A DNA stretch of 63,780 nt, taken from assembly GCA_028534125.1 (NCBI GenBank), contig CM052817.1:76758001-76821780 (forward strand), written 5' to 3'. Position numbers and translations under genes: made by a program. This DNA is from Lama glama. Its lineage: Eukaryota. Positions 51,956 to 63,780 of the stretch are shown here, in pieces. Under the pieces are notes generated by a model. That model was not told the origin of the DNA. It saw only the letters and a list, made by a program, of their open reading frames with translations, and did not search any database. Every line of letters begins with the position of its first letter. The stretch's first letter is position 1.

Positions 51956-53687
51956 AAAAGAATATTTCAACAGCCCACTGAAAGGTAATTAGCTTTCCTA
52001 CCTTCAGTATTTAGCATCCACCTCATAAGCACATAATCACCAGATGAATGTTTCCTAGGCCTAACAATGTTCACCTCACTATCTGAACAAAGTTCTTTAG
52101 AGGCTTTCTAGCACCTCCTCAGTGAAACTCAATCTCAGTACCATGGCCCTCAAGGTCAATCACATACCCACCAGCCCCCTTCTCCAAACACACACACACA
52201 AAAACACTCGTTACTCTTCCAGCCATAACTTTCACTCTTCCTTTTCATGATCTCATCATCCCAATGAAATTAAACCATCTATCATTACCTAAAATCTACC
52301 AAGTACCTCTATAGGTCTATGAATGGATAAACCTAATAAAAGCCAGGCCCTCATGCAAAGGCTAAATAATAATAATAAATATACAGAGTCATATTTATGG
52401 AAGCTCATTCCAATGACCAAAAAATAAGTCTTAATGGAAATGCACTCTACTCATATGTCTTAAGGAATATCAGAGGGGGTCTAATTTCTCAACTATGCAA
52501 ACCCACCTTAACTTCTCCCTCTAATACCCAGTTCTCCAGCACTGACAACTTCTCTGGAGTCTCTTACATGCCAAACCCCTAACAGCTCTCCCCAGTGCAG
52601 TCCATGAAGCATATCTTTCTCTCTCTCTACTGTCCATGGTTTCTTAGCTGCTTATTACATCATTTCTCTATGTAAGCAAAGCTAGTAATAGTAAGATATT
52701 TTCTTTCTCTGATGCTATCCTAGCATTTTCTTTGGGAAATAAAGAAACAGAACTTCTATCAGGAGATGGGGGTCAGAGGAGAGGAGAAAGACGTAAAGAA
52801 TCTGCTTAGCAGGTGGGGGATGATGGAGACAGAGAACCCTCATACATTAGTAGAAAACAGTTCTATACTCTGGGAAATCACAATATATCGTCAGCCTGTT
52901 TATCTACAAAAGTCGAAATTCTGTTCAGTTTTCAAGATATGATCAAATTTCACTGCCTCCACGATTTCCTACAACAAAAATTAAGTTTCTTTGCTCTCAC
53001 TGGCCATTATCCTTGATTTATCTTCTAATCCACTTTTAACATACAGCATTTCATAATAGTTACCATCCTATCCAAATTTTTCTAATACATTGGTAACTTC
53101 TGAAAGTCAGGGACTAAATTGTCATCTTTGAATCCACTGTGGTATCTATCAGAAAACATTGCAAACAATAAGTAAATGCTAAAGTATATAAGGAAACATC
53201 AAATATTGTCATGATGTCTTCAGCCAAGAACTTCTGGACACAAATTGTTACATTTTCTACCTTGTCTTTATTTTTTGAGGGGGGGGGTGCACTGTCGTTC
53301 AGTAGTCTTTGGTAGTCTTGGGCATAGTTTGCCCATTTAGAGACAATATCTCTATATCAAATTACATATTGCAACATTCAGTGTGATAATGCTTGTAACT
53401 TCCAGCTGGGAAAAAATTTTTATACCCTAACCTTAAAATTGTTACTCTTTAAAAGGTAAAAATTAGAAAAGAGAAAGAGCTGAATAGGAACAGCTTTTGA
53501 CATTAAAAGAGTAACTTTGTTTGAGATCAGTAGCCAATTATTCAAAAGAAACAGTAATTAAATCAGTAAAATATGATTTTACAAAAACTGCATAAATTCT
53601 TAAAACTTATTAAATCCACAACAGAAATAGTCACAAAGGAGGAATCTAACAGACTTCTTTTGCTTGCAGGGTTCTGCAGCTACATTT

Positions 53688-54700
53688 AGTCATTCATTCA
53701 TTCATTCAAAAAATATGTATTGATTATTTAGTGCCTGTCAGATATTATATTGTAAGGTCCTATAGTAGATTAAAGATGACTGAGAAATCCATCCATTTCT
53801 TGAAGTGTTAAAAATATTGGAGTCGTGAAACAGCTTAGTGATTTAAAGTAGACTATGAATATATAATCATTCACTTTTCAAAAAGCAAATGACTTATTGA
53901 GCATTGTGTGACAAGCAATTTGCTAGGCTGGAACTGGTAATATCAAGAAAACTCAGTCCAGGGGCTAAAAGAACTTGTAATCCTATGCTATAAGAGATGG
54001 GCTCACAACGTGCAAGGAAAGCATAAAGAAGCTTCAACCCTGCCCAGAGATGCCAAAGCAGAACTGACTCAGGAGTTAACCTTTAGACAGTGTCAGGATG
54101 GATAAGCAGGGCCTCTCACTTGGTAAAGGAAGAGGAGAAAGAATTTTCAGCCAGAGGTAACTGCATGTGCGAAGGTGTAGAGGAATGAAAAAGTGTGACG
54201 TGTTTTATGAACAAAGACTTGTACTGGAACAAAGCATGAATATAGATGAGGGGCAGGGATCAGACTGTGAAGGATCTTATATGCCACACAAGGATTTTGG
54301 TCTTTAATATATTCTGAATAGAATGGAGCTCTTCATGTGTCTTAAGCAAGTGAGTAGCATATTCAGATTTATAATGTAGACAAAAAAAAATTCACTGTGA
54401 TGTAGAAGGATGGAGGCATTAGAAACCAGCAAATGAGATTATAGCAATAGTCTATTCAGTAATAAGAATTTTCCCTGAAGTCAAAGGGGATAAATAAAGG
54501 GACAGCAATATCTGGTTATTAAAATCAGCAGAACTTAGTGACAAATAATATGGTATAGGATGAAGGAGATGGAGGAGGCAGTAAAATGAAAATTAATTTC
54601 CAGGTGACAGGTTTGGGTGACCAAGTGGTTGGTGGGTCTATTTATAGAAACAGAGAATGTATCATGGTAATATCTATAAAAAAATCTAATATCAACTTGG
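53688..54700 (-). mobile_element. L2 fragments
   Basis: (CATT)n tail 'tcattcattcattcattcaaaaaatatgtattga', a second tail at about 53868, and 'ggatcagactgtgaaggatcttatatgccacacaaggattttggtcttta'. Confidence 0.8.
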
Positions 54701-55544
54701 ATATTAAGTTTCCAAGTCTGAATCATTTATCCAGGCTTACCCTGGGGATACCCATATATTGGTAAGTAAAGAAAAATTAAGGTAGATTTAAGATCATAAG
54801 GTATGGTTTAAATTTTACTTTCTAGTACATTAGTTGTATTATATATACGTATAAATTAATTTTAAAAAAAGTTTCCTTCCTTTAAAGACCTGTTACCATA
54901 AAATTGGGATTTATATAAGTGATCAATGTTACTATTTCCTTTTTTAAAAAATGAATTATTTGCCTCAACAGGAAACTTTCCTTAGCGTTATTTCAGATAG
55001 AGTATTCCTTAATGATTTCAAAGTAAGATTACAGTTGGGTGGAAAGATACATTGATATATACACCTTTCACAGATAGATGTTTTTCACCAGAACAGGGAT
55101 ACTGGCTATTCATTGATCATGGCTGTTGTGATGCGTGTGGCCACACAGTACTGGTTGTAGATACCAAGGATATCACCACTATCTACTGCACAAACTAGGA
55201 AACAGCTGAGGCGAGTTAATGTGACAACTGAATTTAACAAAAACCTCTCAAAGGATCAACAGCACTCTGCAAAAGAGTTATTAATAAACAGGATAATGTC
55301 TTTTGTACTAAGTATATATAAAATCATATTTAAAGGTTTTCTGTACCGAAAAAGGAAAAGAGAAATGCAGTTTTTGAAGAAATACCCATCTGTGTTTGTG
55401 AGAAAACAGTGAGGAGAATTGCAATGTCCCTATTTTTTGACTCTGTGATACTTAATTTCATTAGCTTTTCAAGATAATCATACAACTTCTATAATGCAAA
55501 CTGTAATAATAGAGTAAGGAAAAGTTAGGAGATTTCCCTAAGTA

Positions 55545-55900
55545 CCTGAAAGCCAGAAGAGGGCTTAGAGTGGAGTATTTCAGGAGAATTGGGATGTCTG
55601 AGGTAGGACAGATCAGGAAAGAAAGTTCAGCAAAGGTGAGGTCTTGGCTAAAGTCTCAATTCAGCCTGATCCCACGAGGCACTCTGGAGCATAAATTGCA
55701 CCGAGCTGGTTCTCGTTGGAGACAAGGCACTAGCCCTTTGTATACTCATGTTAGTTAGTCATTGATGCTTCCCTTCAAAGTGGGTGAAGAAAGTGGGAAG
55801 TGTATAATCTGGGGGCACATTAGCTCTTATTGGGCCAGAGGGATGAGTGCACTTGCCTTGTGAAAGGGAACCTGGTGAAACAGCAAGAGCATCTACTTCA
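55545..55900 (-). mobile_element. ERVL LTR (LTR41/LTR33-like)
   Basis: 'ttcagcctgatcccacgaggcactctggagcataaattgcacc...gttagttagtcattg'. Confidence 0.65.
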
Positions 55901-55943
55901 GAGACATAATACAGAAATATTGTTTTAAAAAAGAAGTCTTCTA

Positions 55944-56710
55944 GTCCTCAAGTAATAAATGTTAGAGAGGGTGTGAAGAAAAAGAAACCCTCCTACACTG
56001 TTGGTGAGAATGTAAATTAATGCAGCCATTATGGAGGACAGGATGGAGGTTCCTTCAAAAACTAAAAATAGACTTACCACATGATCCAGCAATCCCACTT
56101 CTGGGCATATACCCAGAGAAAATTCTAACTCAAAAAGCCACATGTATCCCAATGTTTATAGCAGCACTATTTACAATAGCCCAGACATGGAGGCATAAAT
56201 GTCCATTGACAGATGATTGGATAAAGAAGATATGGTATATACACACAATAGAATATTACTCGGCCATAAAAAGAATGAAATAATGCCATTTGCAGCAACA
56301 TGGATGGACCTAGAGATTATCATAATAAGTGAAGTCAGACAGAGAAAGACAAACATCATATATTACTTATGTGTGGAATCTAAAAAAAAAATTATACAAA
56401 TAAACTTATTTACAAATCAGAAATAGACTCAAAGACATAGAAAACAAACTATGGTTACCAAAGGGAAAAGGTGTTGGGGGGAGGGATAAATTAGGAGTTT
56501 GGGATTAACGTATACACACTACTATATATAAAACAGATAAACAACAAGGACCTACTGTATAGCACAGGGGACAATACTCAATATCTTGTAATAATCTATA
56601 ATGGAAAAGAATCTGGAAAAGTATATATATTTATATATGTATAACTGAATCACTTTGCTGTACACTTGAAACTAACACATTACAAATCAACTATACTTCA
56701 ATAAAAAGAA
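55944..56710 (+). mobile_element. Cetartiodactyl-type L1 3' end
   Basis: ORF2 C-terminus remnant ([31 protein letters not shown]), full 3' UTR and poly-A. AAAAAAGAAGT flanks both sides (55927-55937 and 56711-56721). Confidence 0.95.
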
Positions 56711-56884
56711 AAAAAAGAAGTGCTATATCATGCATGCAGCCCAAGTAAGCAGTGAAGAAATACACTGTTTGATGAGGGCCACAAGGTGCTGAGAAGAGAA
56801 AATAAATACTAAAACTAGATGTACACATTCCATTCGAAGTTATTATATACAGAAGTGAAATTTAATTGTAGACTCCACTCAAGT

Positions 56885-57455
56885 TAATACAGACAAATTC
56901 TAAGACAGCTACATGATCTCCACTCCCTACTGTTACACCCTGTATAATCTCCTCCCCTTGAGTCTGGAAGGACCCACAATTTGCTTCTCGTCAATAGAAT
57001 ATGGCAAAGATGATGGGATGGCACTTCCGTTTTGTTATATAAGACTCCATCTTAGCCAACTGGAGGGACCATCCCACCTGCCATGAAGAAGCAGACAGCC
57101 CTGTTGTGAACTGTCAATCAAGAGGGCCACATGGCAAGGAACTGCAACTGGGCTCTAGGACTTAAGAGCAGCTTCCAGCCAAAAGCCAGGAAAAAACCAG
57201 GGTTTTCAGTCGTGCAGCCACAAGGAAATGAGCTCTGTCAAAAACGTGAGGGCCTTGGAAGAGAAGTCATCCCTGGTCAAACCTTTAGATGAGAAAACAG
57301 CCTGCCCAACACCTTGACTTCTATGAATTCCTAAGGGAGAATCCAGCTAAACCACATCCTGATTTCTGACCTACAGAAACTGTGAAGCAATAAATGTAAG
57401 TTGTTTAAAAACGTTAATTTTGTGGTAATTTGTTAGACAACTAAAAATGAATACA
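56885..57455 (+). mobile_element. MaLR solo LTR (MLT1E-like)
   Basis: 'tataatctcctccccttgagt...aatagaatatggcaaagatgatgggatg...gggccacatggcaaggaactg...tctgacctacagaaactgtga...aataca'. Confidence 0.88.
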
Positions 57456-57464
57456 TCAAGTAAC

Positions 57465-58115
57465 TAGAAAAACATGGAGAATTGGGTCACACATATGCTA
57501 CCTGAGGGACTGTAAACTGATACAATCTTTTTGGGAAACTATTAGGGACTGTCTATAAATGCCAAATATATATACTCCATGCTACAATTCAGCAACATAA
57601 CTCTTAAGTATATATTGAACTCAAACATTTAAACATCTTCACCACAAAACATGTTCCACAATATTTCTAAAAGTACTGTTCATAAAGCCCAAACTGGAAC
57701 CTACCAATTATCTCTAATTTGCATAATGGATAAATAAGTGTTATAGTAACCCAATGATATGCTAGACAGCAAGAAAAATACAAGAACTACAACTCTATAG
57801 GAGAATGTGGATGAATCTCACATTCACAGTACAAAGTCAAAGAAACCTGACACAAAAGATTACCCACTGATTCCATTTATACAAAGCTTAAAAACAGGAA
57901 AACCAGTCTTTGGTGTCATAAACCAGGATAGCGGTGACTCCTTGGGAATAGTGACTGGAAGAGGCACAAATGGGGCTCCTAAGGCTTGGAAAAATGTGAA
58001 AGGTCCTTTTTCTTAATGTGGATGATACTTTATTTTAGGAAAATTTATCAATTTTTACACTAACGGTTTGCATACATACCAATATGCATGTTATTTTCAA
58101 TAAACATTTGCTTAA
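57465..58115 (+). mobile_element. L1ME-type 3' end
   Basis: 'tgtaaactgatacaatc', 'tgtggatgaatctcaca', 'ctgattccatttatacaaagcttaaaaacagg' and 'atgttattttcaataaa'. Confidence 0.8.
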
Positions 58116-60078
58116 AAAACTAGTGTAATGATCCTCTTTACTTTTGTATATTTCATATTCATAAATAGATATAATAGGAATGTTTAATGAGGAATCTATA
58201 GAGATATACTAGTTTCTGTGACTTGATTTGCATGTAATTTTCCAGGCACTAAAAGAGAATATGAAGGTAAATTTTGGAGTGGTTGTCAAGACCTCTAAAT
58301 AACCTATAGGTTTAGTAATGTATAAAATTCAAACTTTTATAGGACATGCCAGACCATCAAATTAAAAAGCAGTTGGAAATCTGGAAAAAGCATTTGCAAC
58401 ATATGTGACAGGCAGAAGAGGTTGTGCCCTTAACATATGTGTGCATGTGTGAGTGTGTCTGTGTGTGTATAAACTCCAAGTCAGTAAGAAATAAACGTTG
58501 AAGAGAAAAATGGGAAAATATCATAAAAAGGCTAATTTACAAATATAAATTAGCTCAAAACATACATTCTAAATAGCTATATATATCATTTCTAATCCAC
58601 CAGTTGGAAAATGTTTAAATGAATATTAGCCAACATTAATTAGGGTATAAGCAAACAGGTAGGCTCCACCTCTGCTACTGGTGATATAAATTGATTCAAC
58701 TTTTCTGAAGAAGCTTACTCATATATTTGCATGCTGTTAACCTAACTATTCAAATTCTAGAATTTTATAATAGAATCAGAGACATATTTAAAGATGCATT
58801 TAATAGCTGCATACCACTGATGCATTAACAGTTTAAAACATTAGAAAATATCATGGAGAACATATCTTTTCAATAGCTAATACAGACTTTCCATTGTAGA
58901 GAGACAGCTACCTTTGCTGAAAAAAAATGCAAGTGAAATAGAGGAGCAGAGTGGAGATTTTTTTATCATGTAGATACCTAGTTGATCCAGCACAATTTAT
59001 CAAAAATATTATTTTTAAGTCCAGTATCCAGAATCAGCCTACTCTATTCAAACATGGGAAGATAATTTGAAAATTAGTAAGATGAGTTATACAGAAAAGA
59101 AAAGAAATTCCCTGGAAATCTTTTGCAAAGTAAAGGGGAAGAATGAAGTTAAGAAAAAGGGCTATGACAAAAATACTGAATTTATATCTTTAAGGAATGT
59201 GTCTGTTTCATTTATCTTGATTCTTTTAATTGATTTAGTTTTAAACAGTAACATTTAAAACTGAAATTTTAACCTATATCTTTACCCAGCAGTGCAACAA
59301 ACGTCTATGAAAACCATTCCCACTGCAGTCACATTTAAATATATTTAAAACTACTTTTACTACAATGCAATAAAATTGACATATTTTTTAAAAACCATAC
59401 TGAGTCAGCTCCTGGAATAGCTTTAAGAAAATTCTATTATAGGAAGATTCTCTCTAGATATAAAACTAGATCATCTTAATTTTTCAAAGTTATTTCTGAG
59501 ATGTGGTATCATTAAACTTTTCCAAGTTGAATATGAGTTGAATCTATAAAATAAAGAGTCTGAAAAACACATTCATCTTAGTGTTTCCTTGCAGATATAG
59601 GTGCCTGAGTGATACGTGAAACATTGTTTATTGTTAAGGAGTCATTGTGATCTACTGAGAAACTTGAATTATTCATAGCTCCAGTTTAACAAAAAGTAAC
59701 TTAAGAAGACTATTGTTAAATAGAACTACTCAATCAGTCCTTGTCTTCACTTAAGATGAAACACTTTGTCTGAGAAACAATTGAACACATCACTAGGAGC
59801 CATAACTAATGTTTTCAAAGGATGAGCTTTAAGGAGGAATTCTTATATTCTTTTTCTACTTCTAGGGCCCCAGTTTCTCTGTAAATAAAATATATGTATA
59901 AAGCACTTTTATCACTTGCTTGACAAAGACATTTTATTACCTACTCTATGAAACATTGTTAAACACTCTGCACTGTATAGTGTAATGAAAAAGGCAGTTT
60001 CCCTTAGGATGGAAAAATTTTCAAGACAAACACGGCCAAGTTGGAAGAGACAAATGGTCACCGACTTTATCTTCTGCC

Positions 60079-61326
60079 ATTTTATAATTCTGCACAAAGA
60101 CAACATAAAGATAGACAAATTGTCATGAAAGCTTGTTAACAAATTAGAAATTATTAATCATTCTGACACAGCACCATTATCTTTCCTCCTAGGTTTAAAA
60201 AATATGAATATATTAATAGAAGATGAAGTGCTGAGTTCATAAATTTGATAAATCTGGTCTAGAAAGCAAATATCTGCCAAGGTTTTAAGAAAATGTATAT
60301 AAATAAACAACATAAGTGTGCAAAAGTAGATGAAGACAAGAGAGATATACTTGTATGATGAAGAATTTACATGGAAAAATACATTGCTACCAAGTGAAAA
60401 AGAACACAAACACAACCTCACCGTTTTTTTCTTCTTTTTCTCTCTTATATTCCAAATAAGCTGATTTCCAAGAAAGATAATAACCTAGTAAATGTCACCA
60501 TAATAACACAGGGCCAGCATACTGAATTAATTGAAGCTGCTAGTTGGAAGGATGGTTATTTACCAGGCAAGTTGAAGGGTTCTATTTTTCATTCTCTTTT
60601 CTATTTTATAAGAAAACAAAATGAACTGATTGTGGTTTAGGACATTCTAGTTACAGCCTGTTATATTATTAATGACAAGAACACATTAAATCACTTCCTG
60701 ATTGCATAAGAAGTTAAAAAGAAAAGGACAGATTGAGATAATACGATTTCTCAAGTATTGTAATGTTCTTGGCCCTTTGAACCACATCTTGATTTTAAGA
60801 TGTGGTTTAAGATTCCCTCTTTAATAAAAAAAAAAAGAGAAGAAAAAGAATAAAAACAAAAGCTTAGGTTTATATGAAATCTTCTCTTTATTCAATGACA
60901 CCATTTAAAATTATAAAAAATACAACTCTTTCAAAACACATTCCAAATACTAAAGAATGTTTCTGTTTGTTAAAGATTTAGAACTCTTCAAATTTTTTTC
61001 TTTGTCTAGCCTTTGCCGTTGAAAACAAATACAGTTCTTCTTAAATTAGAAATCAAAATGTAATGCAGTCTGATTTGCTAAGAATAGCTGTGTTTTGGTT
61101 GCTGGGCAGTGTCCCATCACTAATCAATCACAAGCATTTTAAAACATCATTGTTTTAGAAGACATCATGAAAAAAGATAAAAACCGTAGATATTAAAATA
61201 TTTAAAAGTTCTGAAGTCTCAGAAAGTAGAAAGAAAAGAGACAGCAGATGTGTCTATGCTATTTTATAATTCTGCACAGAGAACAAGTAAAGCTAGACAA
61301 ATAGTCATTAATCTTGTTAACAAATT
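60079..61326 (+). repeat. Diverged local direct duplication (copies at 60079-60145 and 61261-61326)
   Basis: Shared blocks ATTTTATAATTCTGCACA, TAGACAAAT.GTCAT and CTTGTTAACAAATT at an offset of 1181-1182 bp. Confidence 0.85.
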
Positions 61327-61463
61327 TTTATCTTTAGAAAATAAATAATAATCTTTAGCACAAAGCCAGCAGTCTAGATTTTTTTTAACTTCTTGGCATT
61401 TTAAATCTACTTTCATGTTTCAACTTTTTGAAGACTTTTAAATGTATTTTGCACATGGAGATA

Positions 61464-61512
61464 TAGATACATATATACATATATATATACACACATATAT
61501 ATATATATATAT
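61464..61512. repeat. Imperfect (TA)n/(CA)n microsatellite
   Basis: Directly visible. Similar (TA)n tracts at about 45468-45490 and 62700-62737. Confidence 0.9.
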
Positions 61513-62162
61513 GAATCTTTAATTATAAATATGCTCAAGTAGCATTACACAGAGATTCATACAGGGGACCACAATTTAAACTCCTCTCTGTCTCTCCCCC
61601 TCCTCTTCTCTTTTTAAGTTTAAGAATACTTTTTTTACTTTGTACTGTTTAAAAAACGTAAGTTGTACTTAAACTATGAGACAAAGAGAGTGCCTATGTA
61701 TAAACATAGTCTTTGCAATAACTAAACTTAGTAGGAGCTCTAGTGTCGATTTGACCTTGAGTTAAGCAAAGAATGCTATAAATGCCTTCCAATGTCTGAG
61801 GGGTTCTCCCATGGAAAGCATGAATGGTATAAGCTAAACAGAGAGGGAGTTTCATACAGCAAAAATAATGACTTTCTAACAAAATGAGTTTTTCAACAAC
61901 ACAACGGACTATTTTTAAAAGCTTCTCATTACTGAGTTTATAAAACAAAGGTCTATTTGAAATATTTTAGCAAAAATGTCAAGGACCTCAGAGGAAGACC
62001 TACAGAGAGGAAACCAGTTGAATGTCTCCTCCATCATATTTTATTATTCTAATCTTAACAGGGTTATGGGAAAGGCCCTTGAGTAAAATTTGGAATGAAT
62101 AACATGATATCTCTTCTATAAGCATTCATGACCGACTAAACAAATGATCAAAAGTCAATAGG

Positions 62163-62759
62163 AAAAGATACATGCACTCAAATGTTCATAGCAGCACTGT
62201 TTACAATAGCTAAGACATGGAAGCAACCTAAACGTCCATTGACAGATGACTGGATAAAGAAGCTGTGGTATATTTATACAATGGAAAAGCACTCAGCCAT
62301 TAGAAAGAATGAAATCATGCCATTTGCAGCAATATGGATGGACCTGGAGATTGTCATACTAAGTGAAGTAAACCAGAAAGAGAAAGAAAAATACCATGTG
62401 ATATCACTTATATGTGGAATCTAAAAAATGGCACGAGTGAACTTATTTGCAAAACAGAAACAGACTCACAGACATAGAAAACAAACTTATGATTACCAGT
62501 GGGGAAAGGGGGTGGGAAGGGATAAATTGGGAGTTCAAGATTTGCAGATACTAACTACTATATATGAAATAGATAAATGACAAAGTCCTACCATATAGCA
62601 CAGGGAACTATATTCAATACCTTGTAATAGCCTATAATGAAAAAAATATGAAAAAGAATATATATACACAACTGAATCACCATGCTATACACCAGAAATT
62701 ATATATATATATGAAATATGTATATATATATATATATGAATCAACTGTATAATTTTTAA
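62163..62759 (+). mobile_element. Camelid-type L1 3' end with degenerate TSD
   Basis: ORF2 C-terminus MFIAALFTIAKTWKQPKRPLTDDWIKKLWYIYTME. Flanks AAAAGTCAATAGGAAAA (62150-62166) and AAAAGCAATTGGAAAA (62760-62775). Confidence 0.93.
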
Positions 62760-63780
62760 AAAAGCAATTGGAAAAATAGAGCCACAGGATAAACAACCTT
62801 TTAAAGAGGCATGTAGGAAAGTCAAATCTAAAATTAAGAGTTTAATTAAGACTCAGTCAGTAAAGGATAATGCATGCAGCAGGGACCCAATAGATCAATG
62901 TATCAAAAAGAGACAAAACCCTTGCCCTCAAAGAAATGACTGTGACCCTGAGCAGATACAGAAATTCCAGCATTGTCACTACGGGTTGAAACTAACATGT
63001 GTCAGCTCAGAAGCTGCATGTACTAAAACTCTTCCTGCAGAGTGAGGTCAATGGTCAAAAGTCAATTTACTGACCTGCCAATACATCCTACCAATATCTC
63101 AGAAAGAAAACACAGAAATCAAACTCCCACTTGTGCTTTCTGCTGGGTAACCACATCTACACCCGTTAGGAATTAGTCAGTCGTGCTAACTGCACCAGAA
63201 GGCTGCCAGATGGTGACACCCTTCTTGGGACTGATGTTGAGTCTGTGCTCCTCCTCCACCTTAAAGGGTAAAACATTAACCCTTTACCTTCTGAAAAGAA
63301 TCATGTGTCTCTGGGCACAGCAGTTATCCCCCCCCCCTTTTTTTTAATGTTTCACCTATCAAATTTCAAATCTTTGGAAGGATTTTTGAAAACACCTACT
63401 TATCAATGACCTTAAGACTTAAGAACTGAAAGCCTGCTGTATGCAGCATTTTATAGCTGCATGATTGTATTTGCTAGGACCTCAACTGTAATATTTATAA
63501 CTGGAAAATGAGAAAGCTGTATCTATCCTGTAGGGGATTTAGTAATATAGAATTTCAAGTCCTCTAAAAGATTTCTCATTAAATAGTCAGTACCGCTAGT
63601 ACAATAAGCAGACCCAAACCCTTAATGTCATTGTGATAACAAAGCAAGTTACCCCAGGTTACCATAGAGTACAGAAGAATATTACACTACTTTCTACCTT
63701 AGATACTTGCATCGACAGTGGAAGCAAAAGCCTTTATCCGCTAAAACCTTCACTGAAGTATTTTTGGGTGAAATAGTATG

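Noticed and set aside
55065..55194. Minus-strand exon-like unit encoding CAVDSGDILGIYNQYCVATRITTAMINE then a stop
   Set aside because: The acceptor has an interfering upstream AG, the donor is weak and I do not recognise the peptide.
1..63780. CRISPR arrays, operons, CpG-island promoter, rRNA, known miRNAs, intact ERV or viral ORFs
   Set aside because: None seen by eye. This is repeat-rich, CpG-poor mammalian DNA with no long ORF outside the gap.

Overview
AT-rich mammalian genomic DNA with one 500-N scaffold gap (14700-15199). The three tRNA-derived SINEs look like the camelid Vic-1 family. With the cetartiodactyl-type L1 3' ends, a Tigger1 deletion derivative and no recognisable Alu, Bov-tA/BovB or PRE-1, the source is most likely a camelid (inference). 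Much of the window is interspersed repeat: L1, L2, MIR, MLT1/MLT2, MER21-, MER39-, MER41- and LTR41-like LTRs, and Tigger/hAT fragments. Subfamily names come from my recall of consensus sequences, not from a search. No protein-coding gene can be named. The supplied ORFs are L1 remnants, gap artefacts or chance. The unique DNA holds several minus-strand candidate exons and 3' ends (9125-9501, 26541-28146, 32600-32782, 41732-42359). With the + strand bias of the L1s, these suggest the 3' part of a long minus-strand transcription unit, which is unverified. The best leads are that candidate unit, a MER41-like solo LTR with an intact GAS/STAT motif, a CpG-retaining candidate enhancer, a twin-priming L1 inversion, a very degraded pol fragment, a homeobox-site hairpin and an old local duplication. 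I found no evidence for a wholly new biological system.
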